DNA of 64,000 nucleotides from Escherichia coli (GTDB lineage: Bacteria > Pseudomonadota > Gammaproteobacteria > Enterobacterales > Enterobacteriaceae): the NCBI RefSeq assembly GCF_050320075.1, contig NZ_CP190018.1; one strand, 5' to 3'. Every line of letters starts with the position of its first letter. The first letter of the stretch is position 1. The position numbers and the translations under genes are program-made. A model generated the notes under the pieces. It saw nothing but the letters and a program-made list of their open reading frames with translations, ran no database searches and had not been told where the DNA came from. Below, piece by piece: positions 42,695-53,017 of the stretch.

Positions 42695-43443
42695 GTGCCA
42701 TTGAAGTTAAGAACCTGGTGAAAAAATTCCACGGTCAGACGGTGCTGCACGGTATCGACCTTGAGGTGAAGCCTGGCGAAGTGGTGGCAATTATCGGGCC
42801 AAGTGGTTCCGGCAAAACCACGTTGCTACGCAGCATAAATCTGCTGGAACAACCGGAAGCGGGAACCATCACCGTTGGCGATATCACCATTGATACTGCA
42901 CGTTCATTAAGTCAGCAAAAATCGCTGATTCGCCAGTTGCGTCAGCACGTCGGGTTTGTCTTCCAGAACTTTAATTTGTTTCCGCATCGTACGGTGCTGG
43001 AAAACATTATTGAAGGGCCGGTGATCGTCAAAGGCGAACCGAAAGAAGAGGCCACGGCGCGCGCTCGCGAGCTGCTGGCGAAAGTTGGGCTGGAAGGTAA
43101 AGAAACCAGCTATCCACGTCGTTTGTCTGGCGGTCAACAGCAGCGTGTCGCGATTGCGCGAGCGCTGGCTATGCGTCCTGAGGTGATTTTGTTTGACGAG
43201 CCAACGTCGGCGCTGGATCCAGAGCTGGTGGGCGAAGTCCTGAACACCATCCGCCAGCTGGCGCAGGAAAAGCGCACGATGGTGATTGTGACGCACGAAA
43301 TGAGCTTTGCCCGGGATGTTGCGGACCGGGCGATCTTTATGGACCAGGGGCGGATAGTCGAGCAGGGGGCCGCAAAAGCGTTATTTGCCGATCCTCAGCA
43401 GCCTCGCACCCGCCAGTTCCTCGAGAAGTTTCTGCTGCAATAA
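42691..43443 (+). CDS. tcyN: L-cystine ABC transporter ATP-binding protein TcyN (YecC)
   Basis: Walker A GPSGSGKTT, signature LSGGQQQRVAIARAL, Walker B ILFDEPTSALD. Confidence 0.95.
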   Translation: MSAIEVKNLVKKFHGQTVLHGIDLEVKPGEVVAIIGPSGSGKTTLLRSINLLEQPEAGTITVGDITIDTARSLSQQKSLIRQLRQHVGFVFQNFNLFPHRTVLENIIEGPVIVKGEPKEEATARARELLAKVGLEGKETSYPRRLSGGQQQRVAIARALAMRPEVILFDEPTSALDPELVGEVLNTIRQLAQEKRTMVIVTHEMSFARDVADRAIFMDQGRIVEQGAAKALFADPQQPRTRQFLEKFLLQ

Positions 43444-43672
43444 TAAGAAAAAATCAGCCCCGACGATTCACCTGTCGGGGCGGGACGCCATTTCAAGCGT
43501 GATAAATCTGCTTAACAAATCAGCATAACTCATTAATAACATAAGAGAATGCGATGGCTTGCAAAAGTAATTCATTGCCTGAATAATATAAATTATATAT
43601 AAATCTTATTTATGTGATAGTTTGAATTATCATTATAAATGATACTCACTCTCAGGGGCGTTGCGGTTTACT

Positions 43673-44395
43673 ATGCAGGATACGGATTTTTTCAGCTGGC
43701 GTCGCACGATGCTGTTGCGTTTTCAGAGGATGGAGGCCGCAGAAGAGGTCTACCATGAAATAGAGCTTCAGGCTCAGCAGCTGGAGTACGATTACTATTC
43801 GTTATGTGTTCGCCACCCGGTACCATTCACGCGACCTAAAGTGGCTTTCTACACCAATTACCCTGAGGCTTGGGTTAGTTATTATCAGGCAAAAAACTTT
43901 CTCGCAATTGATCCTGTGCTGAACCCTGAAAACTTTAGTCAGGGCCATTTAATGTGGAATGATGACTTATTCAGCGAAGCACAGCCGTTATGGGAAGCCG
44001 CGCGCGCACATGGTTTACGCCGCGGTGTCACTCAGTATTTAATGCTGCCAAATCGGGCGCTGGGCTTTTTGTCCTTTTCCCGTTGCAGCACGCGCGAAAT
44101 ACCCATTCTTAGTGATGAACTGCAATTAAAAATGCAGTTACTGGTGCGAGAAAGTCTGATGGCTCTGATGCGTTTAAATGATGAAATAGTGATGACGCCA
44201 GAGATGAATTTCAGCAAGCGCGAAAAAGAAATTCTGAAATGGACGGCGGAAGGGAAGACATCAGCAGAGATAGCGATGATTTTGTCAATCTCTGAGAATA
44301 CGGTCAATTTCCATCAGAAAAACATGCAGAAAAAAATCAATGCACCAAATAAGACCCAGGTGGCCTGTTACGCGGCCGCTACTGGCTTAATTTGA
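43673..44395 (+). CDS. sdiA: LuxR-family quorum-sensing regulator SdiA
   Basis: 240-aa product MQDTDFFSWRRTMLLRFQ... with autoinducer-binding domain and C-terminal LuxR HTH. Confidence 0.94.
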   Translation: MQDTDFFSWRRTMLLRFQRMEAAEEVYHEIELQAQQLEYDYYSLCVRHPVPFTRPKVAFYTNYPEAWVSYYQAKNFLAIDPVLNPENFSQGHLMWNDDLFSEAQPLWEAARAHGLRRGVTQYLMLPNRALGFLSFSRCSTREIPILSDELQLKMQLLVRESLMALMRLNDEIVMTPEMNFSKREKEILKWTAEGKTSAEIAMILSISENTVNFHQKNMQKKINAPNKTQVACYAAATGLI

Positions 44396-44427
44396 TCGCT
44401 TTTCTTTCTGCGTGCCAGATGCAAAAA

Positions 44428-44460
44428 CCGGCTGAAAGGCACGCTCTCAGCCGGTTTTAT
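44428..44460. terminator. Bidirectional intrinsic terminator between convergent sdiA and yecF
   Basis: Hairpin CCGGCTGAAAGG...CTCAGCCGG with a T-run on the + strand. Confidence 0.5.
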
Positions 44461-44461
44461 A

Positions 44462-44686
44462 TTACTGACGGTAGGCTTGTTTAATTTGCTTAACCGTTTT
44501 GGAAAATACTGCAGCCTGGGTTTCGTCTTCGATCAGCGCAAGCTGTTTTTCCATCTTTAACATCACGCGGCCCGCGTCAGCTTGTCCCATCGCCTGCAGC
44601 ATCAGCGTCAGCATCGCTTTCAGGCAGGAGACTTCATTTGCCAGTTCTTGATTATTCTCGGCAGTAGAAAAATCAGGCGTACTCAT
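44462..44686 (-). CDS. yecF: Small protein YecF (DUF2594)
   Basis: 74-aa ORF; conserved position between sdiA and uvrY. Confidence 0.85.
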
Positions 44687-45144
44687 TTATTTTCCTCGTC
44701 ATGTTGCAATGAAAATTTGCGGTGAAAAATGTTAAGGCGGCGGAGTATACCATAAGCTTTGCTAAAAATAGCAGTGGTTGTTTTTTGAGCGTGATATCGG
44801 CAGTGCTATAAAATACGTTAATATAATGACCAATAAATATTTTTATCATGAATGTTTTTTGCCCGTATTGTTCGGGTTAATTAATGTTACATATTCAGCG
44901 GGCTGATTTTCATTTTTGCTGAATAAAGTCAATTTTTGTCACATTTCATCGCAGGGCTTACAGTGAAACGATCCCGGAAGCCGTTGGTGACGGGCGTGAC
45001 CATAACTGTGGACAATCGAATTTACAAAAACGAGAGAAAAATCGAATACCCACCATTTTTAACGTTTCAAAGTTGCAATAAAAACCGCTAATATACGAAT
45101 GACTAACTATCAGTAGCGTTATCCCTATTTCTGGAGATATTCCT

Positions 45145-45801
45145 TTGATCAACGTTCTACTTGTTGATGACCACGAACTGGTGCGCGCAGGGATACGACG
45201 CATTCTGGAAGATATAAAGGGTATAAAAGTCGTCGGTGAGGCATCGTGCGGTGAAGACGCCGTTAAGTGGTGCCGGGCAAATGCCGTTGACGTGGTGCTA
45301 ATGGACATGAGTATGCCGGGCATTGGCGGTCTTGAGGCGACGCGTAAAATCGCGCGTTCCACAGCTGATGTCAAAATCATCATGCTTACCGTCCATACAG
45401 AAAACCCTTTACCAGCGAAAGTCATGCAGGCCGGTGCTGCTGGCTACCTCAGCAAAGGCGCGGCTCCGCAGGAAGTCGTGAGTGCGATCCGTTCTGTCTA
45501 TTCAGGGCAGCGTTACATTGCTTCTGACATCGCTCAACAAATGGCGTTAAGCCAGATCGAACCAGAAAAAACAGAAAGCCCATTTGCCAGTTTGTCTGAA
45601 CGTGAATTGCAGATTATGCTGATGATCACCAAGGGCCAGAAGGTCAATGAGATCTCAGAACAGCTCAATCTCAGTCCGAAAACGGTGAACAGCTACCGCT
45701 ATCGTATGTTCAGTAAACTAAACATTCATGGCGATGTTGAGCTGACTCACCTGGCAATTCGCCATGGTCTGTGTAATGCGGAGACATTATCAAGTCAGTG
45801 A
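45145..45801 (+). CDS. uvrY: Response regulator UvrY (BarA/UvrY two-component system)
   Basis: 218 aa, TTG start; receiver domain [16 protein letters not shown]... plus LuxR-type HTH. Confidence 0.94.
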   Translation: MINVLLVDDHELVRAGIRRILEDIKGIKVVGEASCGEDAVKWCRANAVDVVLMDMSMPGIGGLEATRKIARSTADVKIIMLTVHTENPLPAKVMQAGAAGYLSKGAAPQEVVSAIRSVYSGQRYIASDIAQQMALSQIEPEKTESPFASLSERELQIMLMITKGQKVNEISEQLNLSPKTVNSYRYRMFSKLNIHGDVELTHLAIRHGLCNAETLSSQ

Positions 45802-47630
45802 GTGATCAGTTTGACGCAAAAGCGTTTTTAAAAACCGTAACCAGCCAGCCAGGCGTTTATCGCATGTATGATGCTGGTGGTACGGTTATCTATGTCGGCA
45901 AAGCGAAAGACCTGAAAAAACGGCTTTCCAGCTATTTCCGTAGCAACCTCGCTTCGCGCAAAACCGAAGCGCTGGTCGCCCAGATCCAGCAAATTGATGT
46001 AACGGTTACTCATACAGAAACCGAAGCGCTGTTGCTGGAACACAACTACATCAAACTCTATCAGCCGCGTTACAACGTTTTGCTACGCGATGATAAATCT
46101 TATCCTTTTATCTTCCTGAGTGGCGATACCCACCCGCGTCTGGCGATGCATCGTGGTGCGAAGCATGCCAAAGGTGAATATTTCGGCCCGTTCCCGAATG
46201 GCTATGCCGTACGTGAAACACTGGCGCTACTGCAAAAGATATTCCCCATTCGCCAGTGCGAAAATAGTGTTTATCGCAATCGCTCGCGTCCGTGTCTGCA
46301 ATATCAGATAGGGCGCTGTCTGGGACCGTGCGTTGAAGGACTGGTGAGTGAAGAAGAATACGCTCAGCAGGTCGAGTATGTGCGCCTGTTTTTGTCTGGC
46401 AAAGATGATCAGGTGCTTACGCAACTCATTAGCCGTATGGAAACTGCCAGCCAGAATCTGGAGTTTGAAGAAGCGGCACGTATTCGCGACCAAATTCAGG
46501 CGGTGCGACGCGTCACCGAAAAACAGTTTGTGTCCAATACCGGCGACGACCTCGACGTTATTGGTGTGGCGTTCGATGCGGGCATGGCTTGTGTCCATGT
46601 ATTGTTCATTCGTCAGGGCAAAGTGCTCGGCAGCCGCAGCTATTTCCCGAAAGTGCCTGGCGGTACGGAACTGAGCGAGGTGGTAGAAACCTTCGTAGGT
46701 CAGTTCTATTTACAAGGCAGCCAGATGCGCACCTTACCGGGTGAGATCCTGCTCGATTTTAATCTTAGCGATAAAACGCTGCTCGCCGATTCCCTTTCAG
46801 AACTGGCGGGACGCAAGATTAATGTTCAAACCAAACCTCGCGGCGATCGGGCGCGTTATCTGAAACTCGCGCGCACCAATGCGGCGACGGCCTTAACCAG
46901 CAAACTTTCGCAGCAATCTACCGTTCACCAGCGACTGACCGCGCTTGCCAGCGTGTTGAAATTGCCGGAAGTGAAGCGGATGGAGTGCTTTGACATCAGC
47001 CATACCATGGGTGAACAAACCGTCGCTTCCTGTGTGGTGTTTGATGCTAACGGCCCGCTGCGTGCGGAGTATCGGCGCTATAACATTACTGGCATCACGC
47101 CGGGCGATGATTATGCGGCGATGAATCAGGTGCTGCGTCGGCGTTATGGTAAAGCCATCGACGACAGTAAGATCCCGGATGTGATCCTTATTGACGGCGG
47201 CAAAGGCCAGCTTGCGCAGGCGAAAAATGTCTTCGCCGAACTGGATGTCTCATGGGATAAAAATCATCCGCTGCTTCTTGGCGTTGCCAAAGGTGCAGAT
47301 AGGAAGGCAGGGTTGGAAACGCTGTTCTTTGAGCCGGAAGGTGAGGGATTCAGTTTGCCGCCAGATTCTCCCGCGCTGCATGTTATCCAGCATATTCGCG
47401 ATGAATCACACGATCACGCGATTGGCGGGCACCGTAAGAAACGGGCGAAGGTCAAAAATACCAGTTCCCTGGAAACCATTGAAGGCGTCGGGCCAAAACG
47501 TCGGCAAATGTTGTTGAAATATATGGGCGGTTTGCAAGGTTTACGTAACGCCAGCGTTGAGGATATTGCAAAAGTGCCGGGTATTTCGCAAGGTCTGGCA
47601 GAAAAGATCTTCTGGTCGTTGAAACATTGA
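45798..47630 (+). CDS. uvrC: Excinuclease ABC subunit C (UvrC)
   Basis: 610 aa; GIY-YIG motif (GVYRMYD...YVGKA), UvrBC domain, C-terminal HhH; start overlaps uvrY stop. Confidence 0.95.
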   Translation: MSDQFDAKAFLKTVTSQPGVYRMYDAGGTVIYVGKAKDLKKRLSSYFRSNLASRKTEALVAQIQQIDVTVTHTETEALLLEHNYIKLYQPRYNVLLRDDKSYPFIFLSGDTHPRLAMHRGAKHAKGEYFGPFPNGYAVRETLALLQKIFPIRQCENSVYRNRSRPCLQYQIGRCLGPCVEGLVSEEEYAQQVEYVRLFLSGKDDQVLTQLISRMETASQNLEFEEAARIRDQIQAVRRVTEKQFVSNTGDDLDVIGVAFDAGMACVHVLFIRQGKVLGSRSYFPKVPGGTELSEVVETFVGQFYLQGSQMRTLPGEILLDFNLSDKTLLADSLSELAGRKINVQTKPRGDRARYLKLARTNAATALTSKLSQQSTVHQRLTALASVLKLPEVKRMECFDISHTMGEQTVASCVVFDANGPLRAEYRRYNITGITPGDDYAAMNQVLRRRYGKAIDDSKIPDVILIDGGKGQLAQAKNVFAELDVSWDKNHPLLLGVAKGADRKAGLETLFFEPEGEGFSLPPDSPALHVIQHIRDESHDHAIGGHRKKRAKVKNTSSLETIEGVGPKRRQMLLKYMGGLQGLRNASVEDIAKVPGISQGLAEKIFWSLKH

Positions 47631-47686
47631 TGTCTCTGTAGCAACATAGGGGTAATCTTACTGACAACAGATAGTTACCCGTCATT

Positions 47687-48235
47687 ATGCAATTTAATAT
47701 CCCTACGTTGCTTACACTGTTCCGTGTCATCCTTATCCCATTCTTTGTATTGGTCTTTTATCTGCCTGTCACCTGGTCGCCGTTTGCCGCCGCGCTCATT
47801 TTCTGCGTCGCGGCGGTGACTGACTGGTTCGATGGTTTTCTGGCACGCCGCTGGAACCAGAGTACCCGGTTTGGTGCTTTCCTTGACCCTGTAGCAGATA
47901 AAGTTCTCGTGGCTATCGCCATGGTGCTGGTAACCGAGCATTATCACAGCTGGTGGGTGACCTTACCGGCAGCAACGATGATCGCCCGTGAAATTATTAT
48001 TTCTGCGCTACGCGAATGGATGGCGGAGTTGGGTAAACGCAGTAGCGTGGCTGTCTCCTGGATTGGGAAAGTGAAAACCACCGCCCAGATGGTGGCGCTG
48101 GCCTGGCTGCTGTGGCGTCCGAACATTTGGGTTGAGTACGCCGGTATTGCACTTTTCTTTGTGGCTGCGGTACTGACTCTGTGGTCAATGTTGCAATATT
48201 TGAGCGCTGCGCGTGCAGATTTGCTTGATCAGTGA
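47687..48235 (+). CDS. pgsA: CDP-diacylglycerol--glycerol-3-phosphate 3-phosphatidyltransferase PgsA
   Basis: 182 aa; CDP-alcohol phosphotransferase motif region ([10 protein letters not shown]...[10 protein letters not shown]). Confidence 0.94.
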
Positions 48236-48386
48236 TCGTTTCGGCGCAATTTTCAGCAAACGATCAAAAGTGGTGAAAAATATCGTTGACTCATCGCGCC
48301 AGGTAAGTAGAATGCAACGCATCGAACGGCGGCACTGATTGCCAGACGATAATAAAATCAAGTGATTAACTGATTGCTTGATGAAT

Positions 48387-48462
<76 letters not shown>

Positions 48463-48516
48463 GTTTAAAAGGCATCGGCGTCAAGCGGATGTCTGGCTGA
48501 AAGGCCTGAAGAATTT

Positions 48517-48590
48517 GGCGCGTTAACAAAGCGGTTATGTAGCGGATTGCAAATCCGTCTAGTCCGGTTCGACTCCGGAACGCGCCTCCA
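48517..48590 (+). tRNA. cysT: tRNA-Cys (anticodon GCA)
   Basis: 74-nt GGCGCGTTAACAAAGCGGTTATGTAGCGGATTGCAAATCCGTCTAGTCCGGTTCGACTCCGGAACGCGCCTCCA. Confidence 0.95.
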
Positions 48591-48602
48591 CTTTCTTCCC
48601 GA

Positions 48603-48689
48603 GCCCGGATGGTGGAATCGGTAGACACAAGGGATTTAAAATCCCTCGGCGTTCGCGCTGTGCGGGTTCAAGTCCCGCTCCGGGTACCA
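48603..48689 (+). tRNA. leuZ: tRNA-Leu (anticodon UAA), with long variable arm
   Basis: 87-nt GCCCGGATGGTGGAATCGGTAGACACAAGGGATTTAAAATCCC...GGTACCA. Confidence 0.95.
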
Positions 48690-48763
48690 TGGGAAAGATA
48701 AGAATAAAATCAAAGCAATAAGCAGTGTCGTGAAACCACCTTCGGGTGGTTTTTTTGTGCCTG
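48634..48763. repeat. Left direct repeat (attL-like): 3' part of leuZ plus its downstream terminator
   Basis: 130 bp identical, apart from one indel, to 52766..52896; covers the anticodon-loop-to-3'-end of tRNA-Leu and the hairpin AAACCACCTTCGGGTGGTTTTTTTGT. Confidence 0.85.
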
Positions 48764-48941
48764 AAATTCACGCCCTGTGCATATCCTGTGCTCACGGGGG
48801 GCAATGAGCTGCAATCTCAAGCCCGGCAATGCCGAATCGAACGTGTCGCCTCCAGCATAGAGAACCAGGCCGCTTTGCCTGTTTTCCGGTACTCTTCCGG
48901 GAAGGGGGGCCAGCTGAGCAAGCTATAATGCTCTGGCCACC

Positions 48942-49673
48942 CTAAGCACAAAGTTGCTTAATTCGTGCAATCACCTCATCTCTGTATTTCTGGTGTCCGC
49001 GCATAGCCCTTGGATGGGCTATCCTGAAACAGATTGTATGACCTGTTTTGAACTCCCATAGCTTCCCCGGAATGACTGAAGAAGTCTCATAGCCGCCTAG
49101 CTCAGTAAGCACCTGTTTTATGATGTAGTCTGTTCTCCGGGCTCCGGATGCAAAGATGGTGAAATCAGGCTCAAGGTGTTTAATTTGTACCGCCAGCAGT
49201 TTCAGCGAGGCTAATATGACTTCCTGCACTTCATTTTGAGGGCGATTGAGAGGGGGCAGTCCGTCGTAATCCCACGCCAGTAGATTGGCATACACGATAG
49301 CCTGAGGAGGAATATTAAGCTCCCGGGCCAGCCGGAAGTGATACTGCGTGAAGCGGCTACGTGATTTGTGGTTCGTGGTGCCATCATTTTGTGCCGGAAG
49401 ATGTTTCCTGTAACGATCTACAGCCTCTTCAACCACCTGCCCGATGGTGACGTCAGGTATAAGTCCCAGAACCCGTGATATCGTATTCTTACCATTCAGC
49501 GTATTCCAGCCAGCGGTTTCACGCCCAACCAGCATGATTTTTACCGGTGAGTGCCAGTATTCTTCAAAGGGCACGGGTAAAAAGACGCCTGAGTATTTAT
49601 CCTCATTCAGGTTAAATGACTGGGCGTCAACTTCCTGTAATATCCGTTTGTATGCGTCTAATAGTCTTTCCAT
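48942..49673 (-). CDS. Hypothetical protein, possible UDG-superfamily (DNA glycosylase-like) fold
   Basis: 243-aa ORF inside the islet; beta-strand plus Gly motif (VKIMLVGRETAGW) near the N-terminus and C-terminal HP motif (FRIAHPRAMRG), similar in position to UDG motifs 1 and 2. Weak, motif-level only. Confidence 0.35.
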   Translation of the reverse strand: MERLLDAYKRILQEVDAQSFNLNEDKYSGVFLPVPFEEYWHSPVKIMLVGRETAGWNTLNGKNTISRVLGLIPDVTIGQVVEEAVDRYRKHLPAQNDGTTNHKSRSRFTQYHFRLARELNIPPQAIVYANLLAWDYDGLPPLNRPQNEVQEVILASLKLLAVQIKHLEPDFTIFASGARRTDYIIKQVLTELGGYETSSVIPGKLWEFKTGHTICFRIAHPRAMRGHQKYRDEVIARIKQLCA

Positions 49674-49723
49674 TCTTCAATCCTGCCCCGTAATAAAAAT
49701 ACCTTCAGATATATATTATTTTC

Positions 49724-50440
49724 ATGATATCAATCAGATACATGAGGATAAATATGCAAAAATCCTTCCGATTCACCAATTCATCCATCAAAGCCCTTCC
49801 GGCAAACACAGATACCCGATCTACAGAGCTTGAGGTATCTGATACCGAAGTCATTGGCCTCAAATGCCTCTCAGGTCGAACGGGCAACAAACGTTTCCTC
49901 CTGCGCTACACATTCCACGGTACCAAAAAAAGTATCAGTATTGGCAGATTCCCTGAAATCGATGTGGGAACAGCCCGTCAGATAGCTCGTCGTCACAAGG
50001 AGGCGATTGCACTGGGAAATGACCCTAAGGCAGAGCGCGATAATTATCGGGCGATGCCAACGCTTAGTGAGTTTTTTCACCAGACCTATGTTCCGTTCAT
50101 CAAGCGCCATAAAAAGTCCTGGGATAAGGATGTTCAGCGTTTCACGCAATACATTGAACCTCGTCTGGGGAAGATACGTTACTGCGACCTTCAGGCCCGG
50201 GAAATCCAGCAGGTGCTTTTTGACATGCTTGAGGGCCGTATTCACGGCCAGCAGTATGCACCGTCTACCTGTAACAGGGCACTGGCTATTCTGAAAACCA
50301 TGGGCCGTTATGCGCTACGACAGGATGTCCTGGAGAAGAATGAAGCCGATAAGATCCCTTTGCTGAAGGAGAATAATCACCGGACGCGCTTTTTTGACGC
50401 TGATGAGATCAGGAGAATCCTTGATGCTGCGTCTCGATAA
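49724..50440 (+). pseudogene. Truncated tyrosine recombinase (P4-type integrase N-terminal arm-binding plus SAM-like region; catalytic domain absent)
   Basis: 238-aa ORF with integrase N-terminal signature (FTNSSIKALP..., GLKCLSGRTGNKRFLLRYTFHGTKKSISIGRFPEIDVGTARQIARRHKEA) but ending before the catalytic R..HxxR..Y domain; adjacent to a tRNA att site. Confidence 0.7.
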
Positions 50441-50454
50441 CCCAATAAAGCTGC

Positions 50455-50490
<36 letters not shown>

Positions 50491-50491
50491 C

Positions 50492-50535
<44 letters not shown>

Positions 50536-50655
50536 TTCTAAGGCTTGCTTTAATGCTAAGGCTAAATGATTTTGATATAGTAAGTTCATACTTAGCGGGC
50601 AGATGCCCACAGACATAGTACCGAAAATAAATCAGGTATTCTGCGAGATTTCAGT

Positions 50656-51984
50656 ATGAAAATAGCCAATATTAGACTTACGAATTTTAGATGTTTTGAC
50701 GAGTTTAGTGTTGATTTTGACCCAAGACTTACAGTTCTCATTGCTCGTAATGGTAGAGGGAAATCTACTCTGCTTGACGCGGTAGCATTAGCTTTAGGAC
50801 CATTTTTAACTCGTTTGCCAGGGATCAAAGGGCTAAGTTTCAAGAAAACCGATTTCCGGATCGACGAAAATGGAGACCAGCCGTCCTATATGCGAGTAAG
50901 TTGTACTAGTACAACGGGTATAACTTGGGATAGAACTGAGCGAAGAGATCTGACAAAAAAAACGTTAGGTAGCATCCCCCAAGGGGCAGCCCTTAAAGCC
51001 TTGAATGATTACGTCGATACGTTCATTGATTCTCACAATGAGAATAAACACTATACATTGCCAATTTTTGTTTATTACGGAACTGGGCGTGGAGTGTTTG
51101 ATATACCACTCAGAAAACGTGCATTTAACAAGCATTTTTCTCGATTTGAGGCCCTTGACGGTGCTCTTGAAAGCAAAACAAATTTCAAAAGATTTGTGCA
51201 ATATTTTTATTTTCTTGAAGAAAAAGAAAATAGATTACAGAAAGAGCAACGATCATTTGAAGTAGAAATCCCTGAATTAAGGGCAATACGCTTGGCTGTG
51301 GAAAAATTACTGCCAGAGTTTAGCAATATTCGCTCGGCAGTACCTGCTGGAATTATGGTCGATTGGTGTAAGCCTATTGGAAATGGTGAAACAACCATAC
51401 AAAAGCTAAGGATTGAACAACTTAGTGATGGCTATAGAACAACTTTAGCTATGGTTATGGATATTGCAGCAAGAATGGCAGAAGCTAACCCCTATTCGAG
51501 TGATCCTCTAAGTTCTGAGGGGATAATTCTCATTGATGAGGTAGATCTGCATCTGCATCCGGAATGGCAACGTGAGTTTCTCCCTAGATTAATCAACGTT
51601 TTCCCTCATCTTCAGTTCATAGTATCGACGCATTCACCATTTATCATCCAGTCTGTCAAAGAGGGGATGTTGGTCGATCTTGATAAAGATGACATTTCGG
51701 ATAGCCCCTCTTTGAATAAAGAACTCAGCATCGAAGATATTGCTGAGGGTGTAATGGGAATGGAAAAAGTTCAACGAAGTGAATTGTTTAACAAACAAGT
51801 CGCAGTTTCAGATAGATATTATCAGTTACTGAATGAAGGAAGAAGTGAAAGCGACCCAGAGGTAAGGAAGCTCTCCGCTGAGCTTGATAAATTGGAAGAG
51901 TTTTTTGGAGATAACCCAGCTTATGTAGCCTTACTTCGTGCTGAGCGCCGAAAAATAATGGGGACACAAGGAAGTAAACAATGA
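50656..51984 (+). CDS. ABC/AAA-type ATPase (AAA_15/AAA_21-like), candidate Septu PtuA
   Basis: 442 aa; Walker A LIARNGRGKSTLLDAV, Walker B/D-loop IILIDEVDLHLHP, H-loop-like FIVSTHSPFI; AT-rich; stop overlaps start of downstream HNH gene (ATGA). Confidence 0.7.
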   Translation: MKIANIRLTNFRCFDEFSVDFDPRLTVLIARNGRGKSTLLDAVALALGPFLTRLPGIKGLSFKKTDFRIDENGDQPSYMRVSCTSTTGITWDRTERRDLTKKTLGSIPQGAALKALNDYVDTFIDSHNENKHYTLPIFVYYGTGRGVFDIPLRKRAFNKHFSRFEALDGALESKTNFKRFVQYFYFLEEKENRLQKEQRSFEVEIPELRAIRLAVEKLLPEFSNIRSAVPAGIMVDWCKPIGNGETTIQKLRIEQLSDGYRTTLAMVMDIAARMAEANPYSSDPLSSEGIILIDEVDLHLHPEWQREFLPRLINVFPHLQFIVSTHSPFIIQSVKEGMLVDLDKDDISDSPSLNKELSIEDIAEGVMGMEKVQRSELFNKQVAVSDRYYQLLNEGRSESDPEVRKLSAELDKLEEFFGDNPAYVALLRAERRKIMGTQGSKQ

Positions 51985-52592
51985 GACCTGTAAATCGACC
52001 TCCATATAATGGAACTGTTTATGCAGATTATAAATCATTTTTACCTTCGCTATTAACTGCATATGGCGGATATTGTTCTTATTGTGAGCGGCCGGATAAG
52101 GTTGATGTGGAGCATGTTGTCCCAAAAACGCATGCACCACTTTTGATTACTGATTGGAACAATTTTTTACTGGGTTGCCCTCGCTGTAACCGAGATTTTA
52201 AAAAAAGTAAGAATACTCAACGTATAGGCTATGTTTGGCCAGATGTTGAGAATACATTTAATTTATTGACATACCATCCAGATGGTAGAGTAGAGCCTAA
52301 GCAGGGGCTGTCTGCCGGACTAACTGCGCAGGTACAGGCTACTATTGATTTGGTATGTCTTGATGATGGTAACCAAGTACAAAAAACTTTAAATCTTGGT
52401 AGAAGGAGATATTTTGGACTCGCGAATAAGGCCAAGACTCTTTATCTGAGTAATTTATTGAGTATTGATGAGGTCATGGATATGGCTCAGTTAGGATATT
52501 GGTCGATCTGGTATAATGTGTTTCAAGGTGTACCTGCTGTCCTTTCAGCTTTGGAGAATTCCTATCCTAATACCGCTATAAACCGCCCATGA
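51981..52592 (+). CDS. HNH endonuclease, candidate Septu PtuB
   Basis: 203 aa; HNH/zinc-finger motif CSYCERPDKVDVEHVVPK...NNFLLGCPRCNRDFK (C-x2-C ... H ... N ... C-x2-C); translationally coupled to the upstream ATPase. Confidence 0.7.
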   Translation: MRPVNRPPYNGTVYADYKSFLPSLLTAYGGYCSYCERPDKVDVEHVVPKTHAPLLITDWNNFLLGCPRCNRDFKKSKNTQRIGYVWPDVENTFNLLTYHPDGRVEPKQGLSAGLTAQVQATIDLVCLDDGNQVQKTLNLGRRRYFGLANKAKTLYLSNLLSIDEVMDMAQLGYWSIWYNVFQGVPAVLSALENSYPNTAINRP

Positions 52593-52765
52593 CATAGGTG
52601 AAATGAATTGGCTCAGGTGCGTACAAGGGGAAGACTTACCTGTGCAGCTTCTGTGTTCAACGTTATCCATGTCTATCTATTTACTGCCAATTACAGTAAA
52701 GTTGGTGGATAATTACAGCAAAGTGTTGCAATGGGTTGCTATGTAAATCATTGATCCTGCGTAGA

Positions 52766-52896
52766 ATTTAAAATCCCTCGGCGTTCGCGCTGTGCGGGTT
52801 CAAGTACCCGCTCCGGGTACCATGGGAAAGATAAGAATAAAATCAAAGCAATAAGCAGTGTCGTGAAACCACCTTCGGGTGGTTTTTTTGTGCCTG
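52766..52896. repeat. Right direct repeat (attR-like): partial copy of leuZ 3' part plus terminator
   Basis: 131-bp copy of 48634..48763 with a single-nucleotide insertion (CAAGTACCCGCT versus CAAGTCCCGCT); lacks the tRNA 5' half, so it is not a functional tRNA. Confidence 0.85.
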
Positions 52897-53017
52897 CAAC
52901 TTGTCGTTACACCCTCCTTAATTTTTAATCACCGGCAAAGCCACTCAAAAAGTATCTCTGTTACGGACCGACATGTAAGATAGGTGCTGGCGAGTTGAGA
53001 TCCACAAGGAAAAGCGT

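Noticed and set aside
44958-45425. 155-aa minus-strand ORF overlapping the uvrY 5' region
   Set aside because: Antisense to uvrY and its promoter region; composition not protein-like; uvrY assignment is strong.
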